Assembly: GCA_964650355.1 (NCBI GenBank)
Contig: CAZYTL010000004.1
Coordinates: 3,912 to 67,911 of the forward strand
Direction: 5' to 3'
Length of the DNA stretch: 64,000 nucleotides
Source: an uncultured Gammaproteobacteria bacterium
GTDB lineage: Bacteria > Patescibacteriota > Microgenomatia > CAYXHB01 > CAZYTL01
The notes beneath the pieces are model-generated. The model did no database searches. It was not told the origin of the DNA and saw only the letters and a list, made by a program, of their open reading frames with translations. Below, piece after piece: positions 1-9,457 of the stretch. How positions within the stretch are numbered: position 1 is the stretch's first letter; every line of letters begins with the position of its first letter. The position numbers were made by a program, and so were the translations under genes.

Positions 1-1
1 G

Positions 2-136
2 CTTGATCAGTACCTGCAAGATAAAGGATTACTTCGGCACGAAACAAAAGATAATGAATTTGAAGACTGGTACAGCAAATATAGCTTAAATGTTGCTCCC
101 AGCCCAAGTCCAAGCAATAGTTTAGGTATAATATAA
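2..136 (+). CDS. 3' end of a CDS truncated by the window edge
   Basis: Open frame LDQYLQDKGLL...SPSPSNSLGII* from base 2 to TAA at 134-136 (my translation). Confidence 0.5.
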   Translation, partial: LDQYLQDKGLLRHETKDNEFEDWYSKYSLNVAPSPSPSNSLGII

Positions 137-140
137 AACT

Positions 141-1475
141 ATGAATAAAAATAATATTAACCAATATATTAATGAGTTGGATACTCTGGAGAAAGTAAAC
201 CCCTCACTCTACGAAAGTCAAATTCTCATGATACTTAGTCATCCGAGGAAATTTCATAGCGAGAGTGATCATTTTGCAGAACATGTATACAAATTCCTGG
301 TTAAACTTAGAAAAAACAAAGTTAACATTTACGATAAGCTTGGCGACTGGACAATAGTGGAATGCATTAGAACGGGTGAATACTTCATTGATAATAAACA
401 GTATCAAAAAGCATGGCAATTTGTTGATGTTTTTAAAAATTACCCCCCCTCTGAATTATATAAGAGACTTGAAAAGCTAGACGAAGAAGTAATGAGAGGT
501 GACCCAAATGCAACTACGAAAATAGCCACACCGTTAGCCCACTTGGCCTGGTTTGTCCAAAGGTTAATTATTGAAAGCCATAGCGACGATAGAAAAAATT
601 TAATCAAGGGATTTGAGATCACAAAAAATTTCTTAGACAACCTTGAAAACTATTATTTGATTTCTCAGTGGTTAGTGCCTTTAATAGAAATTTCTAAACG
701 TAGACTCTGGCTTCTAATAGAAGATCAAGAGAATAACAAGACCCACTATTATCATGAACTAAAGATACTCTTCTTTAATAAAGATAAAGGTATTATCGCA
801 CGATATTCAGACAATATAACTTTGTCAAATCTGATTATCCATTCTTTGAATTATATAAGAGAGCTAAAGACCTCAGAAGTGAAGTATATTTTGACCGAAC
901 TCGACAAGGCCCCAGATTATGAAGTGCTATTGATTTACTTCGCAATATTTAGAGAGAGTCACTATAATTTAAATACCAGGGATAAAGAACACTTGAAGGT
1001 AGTAAAAATGTTACTGAAAAATGGCAAAACAACTTTAGATTATGATCCTTCCTTTGCAAAAACTAGATTAACAAACCTACTTAAAGATGAAAGTCATGAA
1101 TCTGAAAAATATCAAGGAAGGGTGGCTTGGAATTTTTATCACCTACTTAAAGAAGAAACAGAACACTATTCCAAAATCGAACCTTATGTTGATCTGTTAT
1201 TTAAATTACCCTTCAAAAGACATGTCGTAATTAACTTGAGAATGTTATTATCCGTTTTCCCTTACAAAAATTATTCTGAACAGTTTATAAACTACACCAA
1301 AATCTTATTGCATACGATGGTTAAAAATCCCAAAAAGATACAAAAATATTATCTTTATCGTTGGTATCAAAAAGATGAATTACTTGAAAAAATCCGTGAA
1401 GTGGCAGACAGTAAACAGTTAGCCGCGATTGAAGATAAGTTCATGACTTTGGAGAGCTACTCTAATCGTAAATAG
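141..1475 (+). CDS. Hypothetical protein, AT-rich, probably alpha-helical
   Basis: 444-aa ORF; TATAAT at 127-132 just upstream; no motif recognised. Confidence 0.75.
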   Translation: MNKNNINQYINELDTLEKVNPSLYESQILMILSHPRKFHSESDHFAEHVYKFLVKLRKNKVNIYDKLGDWTIVECIRTGEYFIDNKQYQKAWQFVDVFKNYPPSELYKRLEKLDEEVMRGDPNATTKIATPLAHLAWFVQRLIIESHSDDRKNLIKGFEITKNFLDNLENYYLISQWLVPLIEISKRRLWLLIEDQENNKTHYYHELKILFFNKDKGIIARYSDNITLSNLIIHSLNYIRELKTSEVKYILTELDKAPDYEVLLIYFAIFRESHYNLNTRDKEHLKVVKMLLKNGKTTLDYDPSFAKTRLTNLLKDESHESEKYQGRVAWNFYHLLKEETEHYSKIEPYVDLLFKLPFKRHVVINLRMLLSVFPYKNYSEQFINYTKILLHTMVKNPKKIQKYYLYRWYQKDELLEKIREVADSKQLAAIEDKFMTLESYSNRK

Positions 1476-1654
1476 TATACCCGTTGAATGCTGAAGCCAT
1501 CGCACCGACTTTACTTTTCTTCTTAACTCATCTCTTTTGACAATTACTCTGTTTTTTCTAAAGTCTGGGATCCGAAAACTAAACTTAAAGTACAAGTGCT
1601 TTTCTGTTAAACGACTATCCTTACTGAAAGGCAAATGAAAACACTTTAACTACA

Positions 1655-2110
1655 TCAAATTGAACCGCAGACCTCTTCTAATAAGACGATTGCGTCTTCG
1701 AATTGCGGAAAAGCTGCCATCTCACGTCTGTCCGGATATCTAATTCCTCCCTCTTCCATTAAGTGTTCTCCACAATGATCAGTTAGAAATATCAAATTAC
1801 TATCTTTAAACCTTTCATCACCAAATTTCAGACACTCTTCTCTAATTCTTTTGAGATTGTGACCAAATTTTTTAACATTTTTGGGCAAAACTCCCTTTGA
1901 AATTAAATAACCTTTCATAAAAAGTTCACCCGTTAATCCGGTTAAATAAGGCACTGCCCTGATTGCATTTATTTTCAGCTCTGGATCTTCCCATCTATAT
2001 AGTACTTTTCCATCTTCCCTACGGATTATTGAAGTGGTTGAAGCATAAGCGTACGCCTTCATAAACCACATTTTAGGATCCTTTAATCTTTTTTTGTCTA
2101 TATATTTCAT
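1655..2110 (-). CDS. HEPN-like domain protein
   Basis: ELFMKGYL...FGHNLKRI and IRYPD resemble the HEPN pattern E..LK/GH.L..L/RY. Confidence 0.55.
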   Translation of the reverse strand: MKYIDKKRLKDPKMWFMKAYAYASTTSIIRREDGKVLYRWEDPELKINAIRAVPYLTGLTGELFMKGYLISKGVLPKNVKKFGHNLKRIREECLKFGDERFKDSNLIFLTDHCGEHLMEEGGIRYPDRREMAAFPQFEDAIVLLEEVCGSI

Positions 2111-2201
2111 GAAGCTATTTTACCATTTTCATAAAGCACTTTACTTCGAATTTAGCCACATAAAACAAGCAGGTTCAGCATCATAGAAGAGTTAACAATC
2201 C

Positions 2202-3095
2202 TTAGCTTGTTCGACTCTCTTCGATGTCTCTCCATTGGTCAAAAGACTCAGGATCTACGTAAGCAAGAATTTCTTTGCCCAAGTCAGTCAAAACGCACCA
2301 GACATTGTTTGCCGTTTCTTCAACGGCGCCCGGACCCTTCGAATCTTTTGCTCCAGGAATTACGCTCTTAATGAGATCTAATCTCAAAAGCTCCCCAATC
2401 GCATAAGACATCCTACGTGTCATCATAGGATTGACAATTTTTTTGCCATTAGCATAAGCTATTGCAAATGTCTCCACCCAATCCGAGGTGATTACACCTC
2501 TATCCGATTGATATCGACCGAGATTATATGTTGGCCATTGGGGGCAATCGGCAAGAATTATCAAAGCTTGAGGTGAAAGTCTAGCAATTAAATCAATTGC
2601 GTATTTATGTTCTTCAAATAATTGTTGAAATTCCGTATTTACAACTTTTCTCAAAATCCTAGATAGCATTTTTATATAATATAAATTTGGCGTATTGTCA
2701 CCGAGTATCGCAATTATCTTCCCATACAGCATCGAGCCATATGGGTCAGAAATAAAATCTTCAATCTTTCTAACTTCCTCTTCTAAGTTGTCAGTTTTTT
2801 TAAGATACTCTGTAAATAAATACTCTTTCTTCTTTTCTCGTATACCTTTCTCTACCTCGTCGCCAAAATTAATGATCTTTAACACTATTTTTCCAACAGG
2901 TCCTGTAGAATCGGCGACAACCTCACCAACACCTTCTTTAATTACTTCATCAACTACTTCTTCTTTATCCTCTATCCCTAGGCTGACCGATGCAAGCCTC
3001 TTTTCGAACTCATTAAATTCTAAACCTGCTTGTTCAGCGTTTGTTAACTTTGCTTGTTTAGGCAATTCTATCTTATCATCGTCATTTATATCCAT
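2202..3095 (-). CDS. Abi-alpha/DUF4393-like protein
   Basis: LSPQALIIL...LLRLDLI...LTDLGKEIL C-terminal pattern. Confidence 0.45.
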   Translation of the reverse strand: MDINDDDKIELPKQAKLTNAEQAGLEFNEFEKRLASVSLGIEDKEEVVDEVIKEGVGEVVADSTGPVGKIVLKIINFGDEVEKGIREKKKEYLFTEYLKKTDNLEEEVRKIEDFISDPYGSMLYGKIIAILGDNTPNLYYIKMLSRILRKVVNTEFQQLFEEHKYAIDLIARLSPQALIILADCPQWPTYNLGRYQSDRGVITSDWVETFAIAYANGKKIVNPMMTRRMSYAIGELLRLDLIKSVIPGAKDSKGPGAVEETANNVWCVLTDLGKEILAYVDPESFDQWRDIEESRTS

Positions 3096-3161
3096 AAAAA
3101 AATCCTCCCACTTTATCAGTTTAGGAGGATAGTTGAAGTTAATCTATTATAACACTTCTTT

Positions 3162-3473
3162 CTACAGTGCCAGTTTGGTTTTTCCTTCTGTATAGCTATT
3201 GATTAACAAATTGATTAGAGTCTGGTATGGGATATTGTTTTGGGCCGCTTTTACCTTTAACTTAATTAAATCTTTTTTCTTTACCCTTAAAGTAACACTT
3301 TTGCTTTCTTGTAGTTCGATGTGTTTCTTTGCCGCTTCTTCTAAAAGTTTTTTGGTCTCTTTAAAATTAGGATCACTGACAAATTCACCCTTATCTAAAA
3401 AGTCTTTTAGCTCTTCCTCATATTTGTCTAAGGGTGTTTCAGATAGTTGCTTAGGGTTAATTTTTTTATTCAT
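3162..3473 (-). CDS. BrnA-like antitoxin (CopG/RHH)
   Basis: SVTLRV...LKVKAAQNNIPYQTLINLLI; directly downstream of the toxin gene. Confidence 0.8.
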   Translation of the reverse strand: MNKKINPKQLSETPLDKYEEELKDFLDKGEFVSDPNFKETKKLLEEAAKKHIELQESKSVTLRVKKKDLIKLKVKAAQNNIPYQTLINLLINSYTEGKTKLAL

Positions 3474-3480
3474 AAGTAAA

Positions 3481-3759
3481 TTATTTTATATAAATCTTCT
3501 TTAATTTTCTGCTAGGATAAAATGTCTTTAGAAATATTACTTTTCTTTGATTATCTATCACGTATGGGACGGCGTAAATCTCCAATTTGATTTTAACGAT
3601 AAAAATTCTTTGGTTAGGATATTTTTTCTTGTTAAAATGATCTATATCATCTAATAAATTTCCCTCTTTAATCGAAACTATTATGTCTTCAAAACTAACT
3701 CCTCTCACTTCTTTAAGGATTTCGTCTTTTTCTTGTGAGTAGTCATATTTAAAAGGCAT
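3481..3759 (-). CDS. BrnT-family toxin
   Basis: YDYSQEKDEILKEVRGVSFED...LKTFYPSRK; toxin-first operon order. Confidence 0.8.
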   Translation of the reverse strand: MPFKYDYSQEKDEILKEVRGVSFEDIIVSIKEGNLLDDIDHFNKKKYPNQRIFIVKIKLEIYAVPYVIDNQRKVIFLKTFYPSRKLKKIYIK

Positions 3760-3888
3760 AAACATATTATATTACTTGTAAATACGTTGTCAATACATAA
3801 CCACTTACACCATCTCGGAGTAGACCCGTCGGGAGTTTGACAACAGACAAGACCAAAAATACGTTTTTCAGTTCCGAATCATCTTCCC

Positions 3889-4569
3889 TTACTCCTTCGC
3901 AAAGTGACTTTCGCGGTAAATCCGGTTAGCCGGAATCCCTTGACTAGTCAGAATTTTAGTCGCTTGCTGGATCATTTGTCCTCCTCCGCATAAATAAGCA
4001 GCCAGTTGGCTGGCATCCGGAAAATCACCCCTAAGCCTATCCAGATTTTCTGATGTCTTACCGGAAACAAAAGAAAAATTGGCATATTTGGCTGACATTT
4101 CAGCAAAGAAGTCCTGGAGAAACAATTCTGCTCCCGAAACCACGCCATAGTACAGTTTGAGCGGCCGAGAATCTTTTAACTGCCACGTCAGTTGCTCCAG
4201 AATGGCTTTCACTGGACCGATCCCCGCACCATTAGTAAAGAAAATTAACTGCTGAGCCTCGTCATCAGGCCGATAAAAGAAGTTCCCCACCGGCCCCTTG
4301 AATTTGATTTCGTCCCCCACTCTCAACTGATCAATAAAATATGATCCTTCGTACCCGATCCCGATATTGGCAATAATTTCAAACTCATTTTCCTTCGGCA
4401 ATGTCGACATCGAATAGTCTTTTATCAGCTTATCCCCAATCTGCACCGCAATGAATTGGCCGGGTTTGAAGTCAAATTTTTCCTGATCAGGAATGCGAAA
4501 TTTCAGCACATGGAAAGTTCCAAACGGATTATGATGTTCTGTAACCACCGCAGTTTGTAAATCAAGCAT
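3889..4569 (-). CDS. FAD/NAD(P)-binding oxidoreductase (FNR-like)
   Basis: FKPGQF, YSMS, GPVGNF, GAGIGP, YLCG and terminal RESHF motifs. Confidence 0.85.
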   Translation of the reverse strand: MLDLQTAVVTEHHNPFGTFHVLKFRIPDQEKFDFKPGQFIAVQIGDKLIKDYSMSTLPKENEFEIIANIGIGYEGSYFIDQLRVGDEIKFKGPVGNFFYRPDDEAQQLIFFTNGAGIGPVKAILEQLTWQLKDSRPLKLYYGVVSGAELFLQDFFAEMSAKYANFSFVSGKTSENLDRLRGDFPDASQLAAYLCGGGQMIQQATKILTSQGIPANRIYRESHFAKE

Positions 4570-4649
4570 GGATTTAGTTTATACCAAAGTCAAAAATTTT
4601 AAAAATCAACTCTATTTCTCTATTTTCCCACCATGCCCGATGCCCCGCT

Positions 4650-5063
4650 TTGAAATTTACCTTTACCAAAGGCACTCGCAGTTGTACGATTACCCATATG
4701 AAACATCGGCAATTTACGACCAAAAAACCAGTGATTTTCGCCGCCATGAGCAAAAGGAGTTTCTTCCTTCGGGAACACATTATCCGGTTTATTCTAAACA
4801 AAGACTTTACTCCTACCTGCGCCTTTATGATGTATTCGTACTTTCTCCTGGATACCGTGGATAGGAAAAAATTGATTAGAGCCAATAACGATTTGATTCG
4901 CAGAAGTGATGAACTATGGGTGTTTGGGGACATTTCAGACGGCGTCAGCGAAGAAATCAAACTGGCCAAACAGCTGAACATGCCTGTGAAGTACCTTGTC
5001 CCCAACAATCATCACCAATCCTTTGTAGAAATTAAAGAATCAGAGGCTCAATTGGAAGTCTAG
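4650..5063 (+). CDS. Nucleoside 2-deoxyribosyltransferase-like/DUF4406-like small protein
   Basis: SDELWVFGDISDGVSEEIKLAKQLNMPV motif. Confidence 0.6.
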   Translation: MKFTFTKGTRSCTITHMKHRQFTTKKPVIFAAMSKRSFFLREHIIRFILNKDFTPTCAFMMYSYFLLDTVDRKKLIRANNDLIRRSDELWVFGDISDGVSEEIKLAKQLNMPVKYLVPNNHHQSFVEIKESEAQLEV

Positions 5064-5109
5064 GCCAAGTAAGATCTCTCTATTTCCGACCCCGCAATTT
5101 CCTAAAAGC

Positions 5110-5787
5110 TCACCTTACTCCAATCTCAAATGCATCATCCTCCTGAAGTCTGTTAAATATTCTGTCATATAATGCTTCTCTTTCCTGCTCCTTATAAGTC
5201 GGAAACTTAGGATCTAATCTTGCAACCCCTTTAACCAATTGATCTTGGCCGTAGACAGTAACCCCCTTCTTAACTAGAAAGTCCTTCCACCCTCCCTCCA
5301 AATATGAACGCTTCGCGTCCTTGTCTCCCCTTCCAGAACTTATTTCAGAATGAAACCTATCAAACCCAGACATATCTCCATCGTATTCTTCACCAGATAA
5401 GTTACGTGACAAACCATATAAATAACGATACAGATCTCTGTCGGAGACTCTCCCGTCTAAATAAGCATTAATCCTCTTATCTACCTCTTCGCAGAAATAT
5501 TGATAAATTCTCCCCAGATGAAGAGTAACTACCGTCTCCCCAGCGCGTCTCTTCAAATCAACTGCGTTTGCCGGCCTCCAGCGAAAAGCTCGTCTCGGAA
5601 TCGACTGTGAAACATCGACCCTTAAGCCTACTCTACTAAGACCGTCTTCTGAATAACCCAGTTCATCTACTAATAACCTCGAAAGTTTATCCCCATCGAT
5701 AAGCACATTCAAATGGTCATTCTGCCCGACAAGATCAACGCCCAGACTACTCCCGGATTGTTCACCTTTTACGAGCGTTTCCGACAT
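5110..5787 (-). CDS. Hypothetical protein
   Basis: 225-aa ORF; TGCTATAAT 7 nt upstream of ATG. Confidence 0.7.
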   Translation of the reverse strand: MSETLVKGEQSGSSLGVDLVGQNDHLNVLIDGDKLSRLLVDELGYSEDGLSRVGLRVDVSQSIPRRAFRWRPANAVDLKRRAGETVVTLHLGRIYQYFCEEVDKRINAYLDGRVSDRDLYRYLYGLSRNLSGEEYDGDMSGFDRFHSEISSGRGDKDAKRSYLEGGWKDFLVKKGVTVYGQDQLVKGVARLDPKFPTYKEQEREALYDRIFNRLQEDDAFEIGVR

Positions 5788-5911
5788 AAGAAAATTATAG
5801 CAGATCCCTGGGCATCATTAATAAAATAGAAACCTTGGAACATCGTCAGCTTCGAACCACCTCTCCCCATCTTATTCCACCTCTAAAAATCTGCTATAAT
5901 TTTCCCAACAT

Positions 5912-6667
5912 ATGTTAAATCCCAATGATCCGAAACAAACCGTCCCCACTCTCACCCAATCCCAAGCTGATAAACTCATCAAATATTCATTTCAAGGCCA
6001 ACTGTTCCCTCATCATTCCCGCAACAAGAAACGCAAACAAGACCGCCTGATTATCGAAGTTGGCGGCATGCCTAATTCCTATAAAAGTACCCTCATCCTC
6101 AGTAGTGTTGTCAACTTTAGGACCAAATCCATTAGCGCGGGCCGTATCAGAGAAAGACCTTTAGATCTTGATAAACAAAAATACCCCCTTCATTACACCT
6201 TAGGTATCTCTCTCAATGCCATGGTCAAGCTACTGGAAAACAAACAACCTCAACAAGTCACCATTATTGACCGTGGTATCTATGATCGATTAGCCTTTCT
6301 CTATACCTACAAACAACAAGGCAAAATTACCCAGAGAGACTTTCGCATTGCCTCCCAATACCTCATTAATATCTTTGCCCAATACATAGATGCCTTAATC
6401 ATTTGCCACGCTTCTCCCCAAACCTCGTTAGAAAGAGACCATCCCCGTAAACAACCGGCCCCAATCATTAATCAGGAATTCCTCTCCTCCCTCTACCTCG
6501 GCTATCAAAAAACTCTCCCTCTGCTCGCAGACATCAGAGACCAAGTTGGACTAGGTAAAATTCCCTTCCCCGTCATCGAATTGAATAGTAATCTCAAGTG
6601 GCCAAACTATGCCAACAAATTCCTCAAAACCACCGGATACCTTTATCGCGCAAAAATTAACAACTAA
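5912..6667 (+). CDS. Thymidylate/dNMP kinase-like P-loop protein (degenerate Walker A)
   Basis: IEVGGMPNSYKST and IIDRGIYD motifs. Confidence 0.65.
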   Translation: MLNPNDPKQTVPTLTQSQADKLIKYSFQGQLFPHHSRNKKRKQDRLIIEVGGMPNSYKSTLILSSVVNFRTKSISAGRIRERPLDLDKQKYPLHYTLGISLNAMVKLLENKQPQQVTIIDRGIYDRLAFLYTYKQQGKITQRDFRIASQYLINIFAQYIDALIICHASPQTSLERDHPRKQPAPIINQEFLSSLYLGYQKTLPLLADIRDQVGLGKIPFPVIELNSNLKWPNYANKFLKTTGYLYRAKINN

Positions 6668-6764
6668 ACTTCGAATATAAAGCCACAGCCAGCCTCCAAT
6701 CACACCCCGTCACCACAATTATTACTTGACACCGCTATCTCCATTTTATTAAGGTGTAACCCAA

Positions 6765-7526
6765 ATGATCTGGGTTTTTGCTAGTGACATTGACAACACT
6801 TTAACCGGAGGAGAAAAGCCGCGCCTTATCGACTTAGCAAACCGACTCCAAACCGCCCGCCAGCAACACCAACTGTTCCTCATCCTTTCTACCGGCCGCC
6901 GCCTGGACGAAGTCATCCCCGGCTTCAGCCAAGAAAGTATTCCCATCCCTGACGCCATCATCTCCCAAGTAGGCACCGAAGTCTATCTGCCCCCTTTCAA
7001 ACTCCACCAACACCCTCTACCGTCCTGGGACCACTTTCTTCACCAAAAGTACCAAAGATCAACTGCTAAAAAATTCATCACCCACATTCCCGGCCTGGAA
7101 ATCCAACCTGACCGCTACAACACCCCCCTCAAACTCAGCGTCTATTTGGACAAAGCTCCTGATCCGGACCAGGCCGCCCGCCATATCAAACAAAAAGTCA
7201 AAGCCTCAGGTGAAACCGACTACCAGGTCGTCTGGTCCAGCACTCGGGACTTGGATATCATCCCCCGCCAGGCCGGCAAAGCCAAAGCCATCAAATACCT
7301 CATCAAACACCTGCAAATCAAGCCTAAAAAAGTCGTCGTGGCCGGCGATAGTGGCAACGACACCTCCATGTTCAAGGCCTTTGCCTACGGCATCGCGGTG
7401 GCCAACTCTAAACCCGAACTCAAACACTTTCTCAAACAAAAGGGTAAAAAAACGCACTATCTTGCCCACAAACCTTATGCCCAAGGCGTCCTAGAAGGAC
7501 TCCGCCATTTCCACCTCTTACCATGA
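6765..7526 (+). CDS. HAD-IIB hydrolase, sucrose-phosphate phosphatase-like
   Basis: SDIDNTL, STGR, GKAKA and AGDSGND motifs. Confidence 0.88.
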   Translation: MIWVFASDIDNTLTGGEKPRLIDLANRLQTARQQHQLFLILSTGRRLDEVIPGFSQESIPIPDAIISQVGTEVYLPPFKLHQHPLPSWDHFLHQKYQRSTAKKFITHIPGLEIQPDRYNTPLKLSVYLDKAPDPDQAARHIKQKVKASGETDYQVVWSSTRDLDIIPRQAGKAKAIKYLIKHLQIKPKKVVVAGDSGNDTSMFKAFAYGIAVANSKPELKHFLKQKGKKTHYLAHKPYAQGVLEGLRHFHLLP

Positions 7527-8755
7527 CCGATACCCAACTCCAAACCGGCTACCAAAAAGCCCTCGACCTCATCAAACAATCCGCCACCGAACACGGCTTT
7601 GTCGCTTCCATCACCGAAAGAGATAACTACAAACGCATCTGGGGACGAGACGGCGCCATCATCAGCCTGGCCGCATTGCTCACTAACGACCATACTCTCC
7701 ATCAGGCCTGCTTAAAAACCCTCAGAACCCTCATGCACTACCAGGGCCCTCACGGTGAAATCCCCAGCAACGTTGACCCCATCCAGGGCAGAGTCAGCTA
7801 CGGCGGCACTGCCGGCCGAGTCGATGCCAGCCTCTGGTTCCTTATCGGCTGCTATTGCTATTGGAAAAAATTTCATGACCAAGACTTCATCGAAGAGTTC
7901 CTTCCCAGCATCAAACGGGTCCAGTTTCTTCTCGGTGCTTGGGAGTATAACCACAAAGGCCTCATCTACGTTCCCGAAACCGGCGACTGGTCAGACGAAT
8001 ACATCCAACACGGCTACGTCCTCTACGACCAACTTCTTTACTGGCGAGCGCTTTCAGGACTCTATCAAATCTACCTCACTATCTACAGAAAACCCGACCA
8101 TATCTTAAAAGATAAAATCGGTCGCCTCAAAACCCTGATTACCAATAACTACTGGTTTTATAACTGCGAACTGGACGAAACCAAAGCCTACCACGCCATC
8201 ATCTATCAAAAAGCCAAGGATACGGCCAAGAAAAAAGGGCCCTACTGGATGAGCCACTTTTCCCCCAGCGGCTACGGCTATCGCTTCGACTCCCTAGCCA
8301 ATTCTCTCGTCGGCCTTCTCGACATCGCCGATCCCCAAAGAGCCGCCCGCACTGACCAATACATCCAGACCCATATCATCTCTAAAAAACTCATGGTCCT
8401 GCCGGCTTTTTCCCCGATAATCAACGAAATTGATGAAGACTGGAAACGCCTACAAACCACCTTCTCTTTCACCTTCAGAAACAAACCTTATGAATACCAC
8501 AACGGAGGACTTTGGCCCATGATCAACGGATTCTATGTGGCTAGTTTGGCCAAAAGAAAAAGACCCACCCTCGCCCGGCAATACCTGGAAGCCATCCACC
8601 AAGCCAATCGCATGAGTACCAATAACTCAGACTGGGGGTTCTACGAATTCATCAACGGCCAAACCTTCAAACCCGGCGGCACCCAATACCAAGGCTGGAG
8701 CGCCGCCGCCGCCATCATCGGCCACTTCGCCCTCAAGGGCCAATTCATCCTCTAA
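7523..8755 (+). CDS. Glycoside hydrolase family 100-like (alkaline/neutral invertase-like)
   Basis: WGRDG, VDASLWF and PYEYHNGGLWP motifs; ATGA overlap with the HAD gene. Confidence 0.8.
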   Translation: MTDTQLQTGYQKALDLIKQSATEHGFVASITERDNYKRIWGRDGAIISLAALLTNDHTLHQACLKTLRTLMHYQGPHGEIPSNVDPIQGRVSYGGTAGRVDASLWFLIGCYCYWKKFHDQDFIEEFLPSIKRVQFLLGAWEYNHKGLIYVPETGDWSDEYIQHGYVLYDQLLYWRALSGLYQIYLTIYRKPDHILKDKIGRLKTLITNNYWFYNCELDETKAYHAIIYQKAKDTAKKKGPYWMSHFSPSGYGYRFDSLANSLVGLLDIADPQRAARTDQYIQTHIISKKLMVLPAFSPIINEIDEDWKRLQTTFSFTFRNKPYEYHNGGLWPMINGFYVASLAKRKRPTLARQYLEAIHQANRMSTNNSDWGFYEFINGQTFKPGGTQYQGWSAAAAIIGHFALKGQFIL

Positions 8756-8811
8756 GAACCAATCCCAGCTATTCCCATCAATCAACCACTTAAAACCCTT
8801 CAGTCCTCTGG

Positions 8812-9090
8812 CTACATCGACGCCACCTTTACCTCCACCTTACCGACTCGCTTTTCCAAAGCATCAAACTCTTCCTTAGTTGACGTATCATCCTCAAGAT
8901 AGGCTAATTGGGAACCCAACCTATCTATCCGCTTAGTAAGATTCTTCTCAACTCTATCTAACTTCCTATCAACGCCATTAATTTTTCCCTCAAGCTTGTC
9001 CTCAAGTTTATCGATCTTTCTCAACAACTCATCCTTGAGGGCACTTTGTCCATTAATAATCATTCGCAGCATCTTCTTTGTGTCATCCAT
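8812..9090 (-). CDS. Small coiled-coil hypothetical protein
   Basis: Heptad-rich KIDKLEDKLEGKINGVDRKLDRVE; TATACT 7 nt upstream of ATG 9090. Confidence 0.7.
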   Translation of the reverse strand: MDDTKKMLRMIINGQSALKDELLRKIDKLEDKLEGKINGVDRKLDRVEKNLTKRIDRLGSQLAYLEDDTSTKEEFDALEKRVGKVEVKVASM

Positions 9091-9149
9091 CCCGTCCAGT
9101 ATACACGCCAACTAGAAACGTTTTCAATATGAGAGCGTAACCGAAACCA

Positions 9150-9260
9150 CTATTCATTCTTCCACCGTGGTAAAGTAGGCAGCATTTCGTCTGCCATCTG
9201 CTCTGCTTCTTCCCGGCTCTTCCCCATCAACTTCATGGCCGCACCTATACTTCCCATCCT
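9150..9260 (-). pseudogene. 3' remnant copy of the zinc-ribbon gene (matches 11335-11445)
   Basis: 111 nt with 14 mismatches by manual alignment; encodes RMGSIGAAMKLMGKSREEAEQMADEMLPTLPRWKNE*. Confidence 0.9.
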
Positions 9261-9280
9261 AGCCTCACAGTCATCCAAGA

Positions 9281-9457
9281 CTATTGCGGATTAACAGGAT
9301 TCACTGGATTCACCGGTTGCAGGGGTTGCACAGGTTGTACGGGTCTGACCGCTCCTGACCCATTACCAGGAATTTTTCCCCCGATTAAAAGGTAAATACC
9401 CAACACCAGTGCCACAAAAATTAACGCCGCCACAAAACCCAAACTGAATTGCTTCAT
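9281..9457 (-). CDS. 58-aa single-TM protein with a (PVQ/PVN) repeat tail (not in the ORF track)
   Basis: MKQFSLGFVAALIFVALVLGIYLLIGGKIPGNGSGAVRPVQPVQPLQPVNPVNPVNPQ*; ATGA overlap with the upstream stop. Confidence 0.75.
   Translation of the reverse strand: MKQFSLGFVAALIFVALVLGIYLLIGGKIPGNGSGAVRPVQPVQPLQPVNPVNPVNPQ

Noticed and set aside
2143-6688. ACTTCGAAT...AGCCACA at about 2143 and about 6669 as att sites
   Set aside because: Too short and gapped, and there is no integrase.
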